DNA of 64,000 nucleotides, taken from positions 10,664,001 through 10,728,000 of the forward strand of contig NC_135257.1 in NCBI RefSeq assembly GCF_964204865.1, written 5' to 3'. The notes beneath the pieces are model-generated. The model was not told the DNA's origin, ran no database searches, and saw only the letters and a program-made list of their open reading frames with translations. Shown in pieces: positions 52,547-64,000 of the stretch (within the stretch, counting starts at the first letter, position 1; each line of letters begins with the position of its first letter). The position numbers and the translations under genes were made by a program. The stretch comes from Styela clava. Its lineage: Eukaryota.

Positions 52547-55290
52547 TTGTCAGGTTCAATTTTTATAACATTTATTGATAATTTGACTGAAAAAGGGCCT
52601 TCCGGCCTTCCGGAAGGCCCTATTTCAGGTCATTTTTACAATAAATTTTCACAGTACTATATAGCAGAAAAACTTCTTAGTGTTTCAGCTTCGAATAGTT
52701 CATTAAAGGGTATTTACAGACACTTAACAGCTACTGCAAATATATAGTTTTTATTAGTCTGCTCGACTATTGAAAATAAGAACTTTTTGTCACCTATGAA
52801 AATTTTTATATATTTTTCAAAAATCGCAATTATGGGCAACCCAGGTATTAATCGAGGCACTTTTTTTTACTGTTTTCCAAGTTTCTATAGATTTACAACA
52901 ATTGCAGTGTGATTGGAATGAACTGCTACCACTCGATTATGTCGTGAATTTTGTATAAACATGTGGACAAAAGGTTTTTTTTACACTATTCAACTATGTT
53001 GACCAAATTGAAGAGTACAGAGCTTTAAATGGAAGCAATAAAAGTTGTAGTTGCAAGCCTGGCGATTACCAGATGACATAGTCATTATTTTGTCTTTATA
53101 TCTCCAATTATAAGCAAGTTACCTAGTTTATTGATCAGAATATTAGATTAATTTTTGTTGTTCCAGTGTCAAAAAATATTTTCTTCGTAATTGCAGGTAC
53201 TTTTTTTTGCACGAGGCATGATTTCACGTTGGTTACTTGATTTATTGAGAAACAAAATGCAATACAGAATGTTTAATGATATATAAAAGTTGGACATTAC
53301 TATAGAAAATGTTAGGGCCTTCCGGAAGGCCCTACAAAAATAATCAGTTATATATGTCGATGTGGACCCTTAATATTGAGAGGAAAGCCTTTTTTTTCGA
53401 AGGGAAGCCAAAATTAAACACACATTATCATTTTATGTTATTGATTAACATAATAAATATATTTAGGTTAAGTTTAAGCTATACAGAAGAATATTTCAAA
53501 TTTAAAAATTGATTGCTACTATATACAGTATCATTATAATTTGTGCTTGGATGTAGTTTCTGGGTTGATACTTTTCAAGTTTTTAGAGAAAGCTAGAGTG
53601 AAATTTTATGATATTACATTGTGAATTGTGATATAATATTACAGTGAGTGAAATAGACTATAAAGATTTAAGACCTGGAGTTTCAGATGAAGAGAACATA
53701 GAAAGAACTTAAGAAAGATTCGAATTAGGAAATTACTTTGAGCACAATGCAGAGAGTAGCTTTGGTTTGAATGAATGAAGAACAACCAAACAGCAGTTTA
53801 GGTAGCAACCAAAAAAGACTGAGAGTTAGTATTCTGAAGTTGAGAAAGAAAAGGACGTCAGTGAATGTGCTGAGTGCTTTCTTAGCATGCAGCATAGACA
53901 GTGAACTAACAGAGATGAATGTATTTTCATTCTCAGACGAAGAAAGTGACAGAGTCTGATTAATAAGACATAGAGTCTGATTAAGACATGGATACAATCC
54001 CCTTACAGCGGAGAATGATAGGCAATGTGGAGACAGAGCCTTAGGATGAATTATTAATGGTATAGTAAGTTGCCCATCCAAACTTCCAAATTTTTTTGCA
54101 GATAGATTTGATAAAAGGATAATTTTAACTAGCTAGAAACAAAATGAGAATGGCACTCTGGAAATATCCCTACACTGCAAGTAGCAGAAACTTATTTGAA
54201 ATTTGTCACTGTCATCATTATGATGTGGGTACTGGATCCTTTGGTTTCTAAGATGTGTAACTAATGCGCTCTTGTGACCACTGTCAATTTAGAGCAACAT
54301 GGGATTTCTACTAATAAATGCTCATCTTTGGATGTTATATTTCATTAATAAAGACAACATATCAACCAAATCTTGCATGATATTCTTTACATGACGAGCA
54401 AACATTTCAAATTCAAAAGTTGTATTGTCCAAGTAGGCGCCGACTTTCAATGAGTGATCGTCTTTCATTTACTGAAAATTAATGCCCAGCTGTCATTTGG
54501 GGAACACCTTCCCTCCGATCAAAAACGAAAAATGTAACTTTCTTTTCAGATAACATGGCTTAAAATAACATTACTTATTTATTTGATAGTGGTACATTCT
54601 CTAATTACTGAAAATAGGAGGTTTTTAGGTTTCCAGATACCGGGTCTTAGGGCCTTCCGGAAGGCCCTTTCAAGAAAAATTTTGAAAGGGTCTCCCATCC
54701 ATCATGTTGTTTGTGTTAGTATTAATTTTCAAATTTTTTTTTTGGTATTAGGTATTTGTGTTCTGGGTTTTTAGAGAAAAAAATGTACCTAACTGAATAT
54801 AGTTAAACAATAATCCCTCTTATAAAACTGATCGTTTAAAATTTTTGATGAAAAATTTTTAATTTACAAAAAAAATTGTATTTGCGCTTTTTTCTGTTAG
54901 CAAATTTAGTTTTTCAGTGCAACAACATGATACAAGAAATTCATAAACATGAAAAAATTAGATCACAAAGATTTTTTTATTTGAGAAATGAGGATTTTAA
55001 AAATTTGATTTTTTTCAAATTTTTCAAAAAATTGAAATTTTTATTAAAAGTAAATAGGTCAGTGATAAAAAACTAAAATGTTTTATAGAAATTGTAACCC
55101 ATGATTGTGTTCATGAGTAACTGGCAATCAATTAATACCAAAAGCTGAAGAAAATTCAAAATCAAACTACACGAAATCAGGTTTCAAAACTATTTGATTA
55201 AAAAGGGCCTTCCGGAAGGCCAAAAGACCTTCCGGAAGGCCTTTTGTCGAATTATCATTATTGTATAGCATTGTAAAATTGATAGGTAGA
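52547..55290. mobile_element. Degenerate TIR DNA element with repeated palindrome GGGCCTTCCGGAAGGCCC (possibly piggyBac-derived)
   Basis: Palindrome or variants at ~52595-52620, ~53315, ~54650 and ~55205-55242. The ends are imperfect inverted repeats (tcaatttt...tgataatttgac.gaaaagggccttccgg). The interior has an acidic SDEESD-type stretch and a decayed TYLKFVTVIIMM segment. Boundaries and superfamily are uncertain. Confidence 0.55.
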
Positions 55291-55436
55291 ACAGCATATA
55301 CGCAAGCGAAGTTGTATTGTGAATTGTCCACATTACGTTTGATCATAATATGAGACAAAACTCGGGATATTCAAATTTCATGGTAATCAAAACAATGATA
55401 TTAATCAAGCAGATGTTTAACATGGCAATTCATTTT

Positions 55437-55574
55437 CCAATACTGTTGGAAATGGAACGTGATTGTATTGTATTCAACCACCAATACTGTTGGAAATGGA
55501 ACGTGATTGTATTGTATTCAACCACCAATACTGTTGGAAATGGAACAGGATTGTATTGTATTCAACCACCAATA
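55437..55574. repeat. 44-bp minisatellite, 3 copies
   Basis: CCAATACTGTTGGAAATGGAACGTGATTGTATTGTATTCAACCA x3; the third copy has 2 substitutions. Confidence 0.95.
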
Positions 55575-55984
55575 AAATTTTTCGAATATAAGGCATATTG
55601 AAGCACCAAACATGTTGCCTTAATCGAAGGCACTAAGTAGATTGTTATCTCATGATTTCTGTTAATAATAAGCTAACCATGAACCATGCTCTAATTATAT
55701 ATCAAATAACTGATGTTATAACATATGATTATTTATAATATTATCCCCTTGTGCTTTTATCTCATCAAGCATGCGACTTACCTTATTCTATAACATTGTA
55801 ATTCTTGTTTTATCACAATGCTTAAACGAGACAGTAGTCAATATAATTTACTTTTTCTGGTTATTGTTTTTCAAAATTGTCATACGAAGTGCTTACCATA
55901 AATATGAGCCAATTTTCTACTCACATACTAATTATACGATTCTATCCTCCACAGAATATAGTAATGATTAGCTTTAACTGATAA

Positions 55985-63621
<7,637 letters not shown>

Positions 63622-64000
63622 GAAATGAACTTGAAATAACTATATTTACTTCTATTTATTACATTTTTTCAAGGTGATTTAGATTTTATAGTGTCTCTGA
63701 AATTATTATTTATGGATTTGTTAGTTGTATAGCACATGGATAATATTAGGGTCTGTGTATTATAAAAACTCTTGAACTTGAAATCCTTGAATTTAAAATG
63801 GATGAAATGTTAGTAGAGCTATTGTCCATTAACTTTAACTTCTCTAAAAGATTATCACCAAGGATATATCATAGGTTTACAATTCTTCATCATTTTTTCC
63901 CAACACATCCACCATTGATGTGAGACCCTATGTGACCACTGTCACAACGTAAAATACATTTCACAAATTTTCTACTGAAAATACTGAGTACAATACCTTA

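Noticed and set aside
55437-55574. 44-bp x3 repeat as a CRISPR array or coding repeat (ORF 55350-55601)
   Set aside because: Head-to-tail copies without spacers; the unit length is not a multiple of 3.

Overview
AT-rich, intron-containing animal genomic DNA. It looks like an invertebrate chordate, probably a tunicate; that is an inference from protein sequences and gene style and is not proven. Four host genes are present: (1) the 3' part of a Groucho/TLE co-repressor (+, 10 exons, 5201-12981); (2) a complete 11-exon COP9 signalosome subunit 2 (COPS2, -, 16005-24090), convergent with TLE; (3) an alpha-catenin with an intronless CDS (-, 25970-28675), lying directly upstream of COPS2 on the same strand; (4) an ANKRD11/12-like gene (+, CDS 56030-63621), apparently with a ~19.5 kb 5' intron. 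The most striking structure is a tandem duplication of the head-to-head promoter region between alpha-catenin and ANKRD11/12 (copy 1 28669-31078; copy 2 31079-~36411). The CpG-rich core is almost identical in both copies, but the flanks decayed reciprocally: copy 1 lost the + strand splice donor, while copy 2 lost the alpha-catenin ORF (ATG-AGT-TAG) and filled with TEs. COPS2 has no evident promoter of its own and begins with a bare splice acceptor 1.86 kb after the alpha-catenin stop, suggesting an operon or a shared-leader arrangement. The window also holds a full-length but frameshifted Sola1-type DNA transposon with TIRs and TSD, a degenerate element with repeated 18-bp palindromes, many hAT- and MULE-like MITEs, tRNA-derived SINEs and LINE tails. 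All calls were made by eye, with no database searches.
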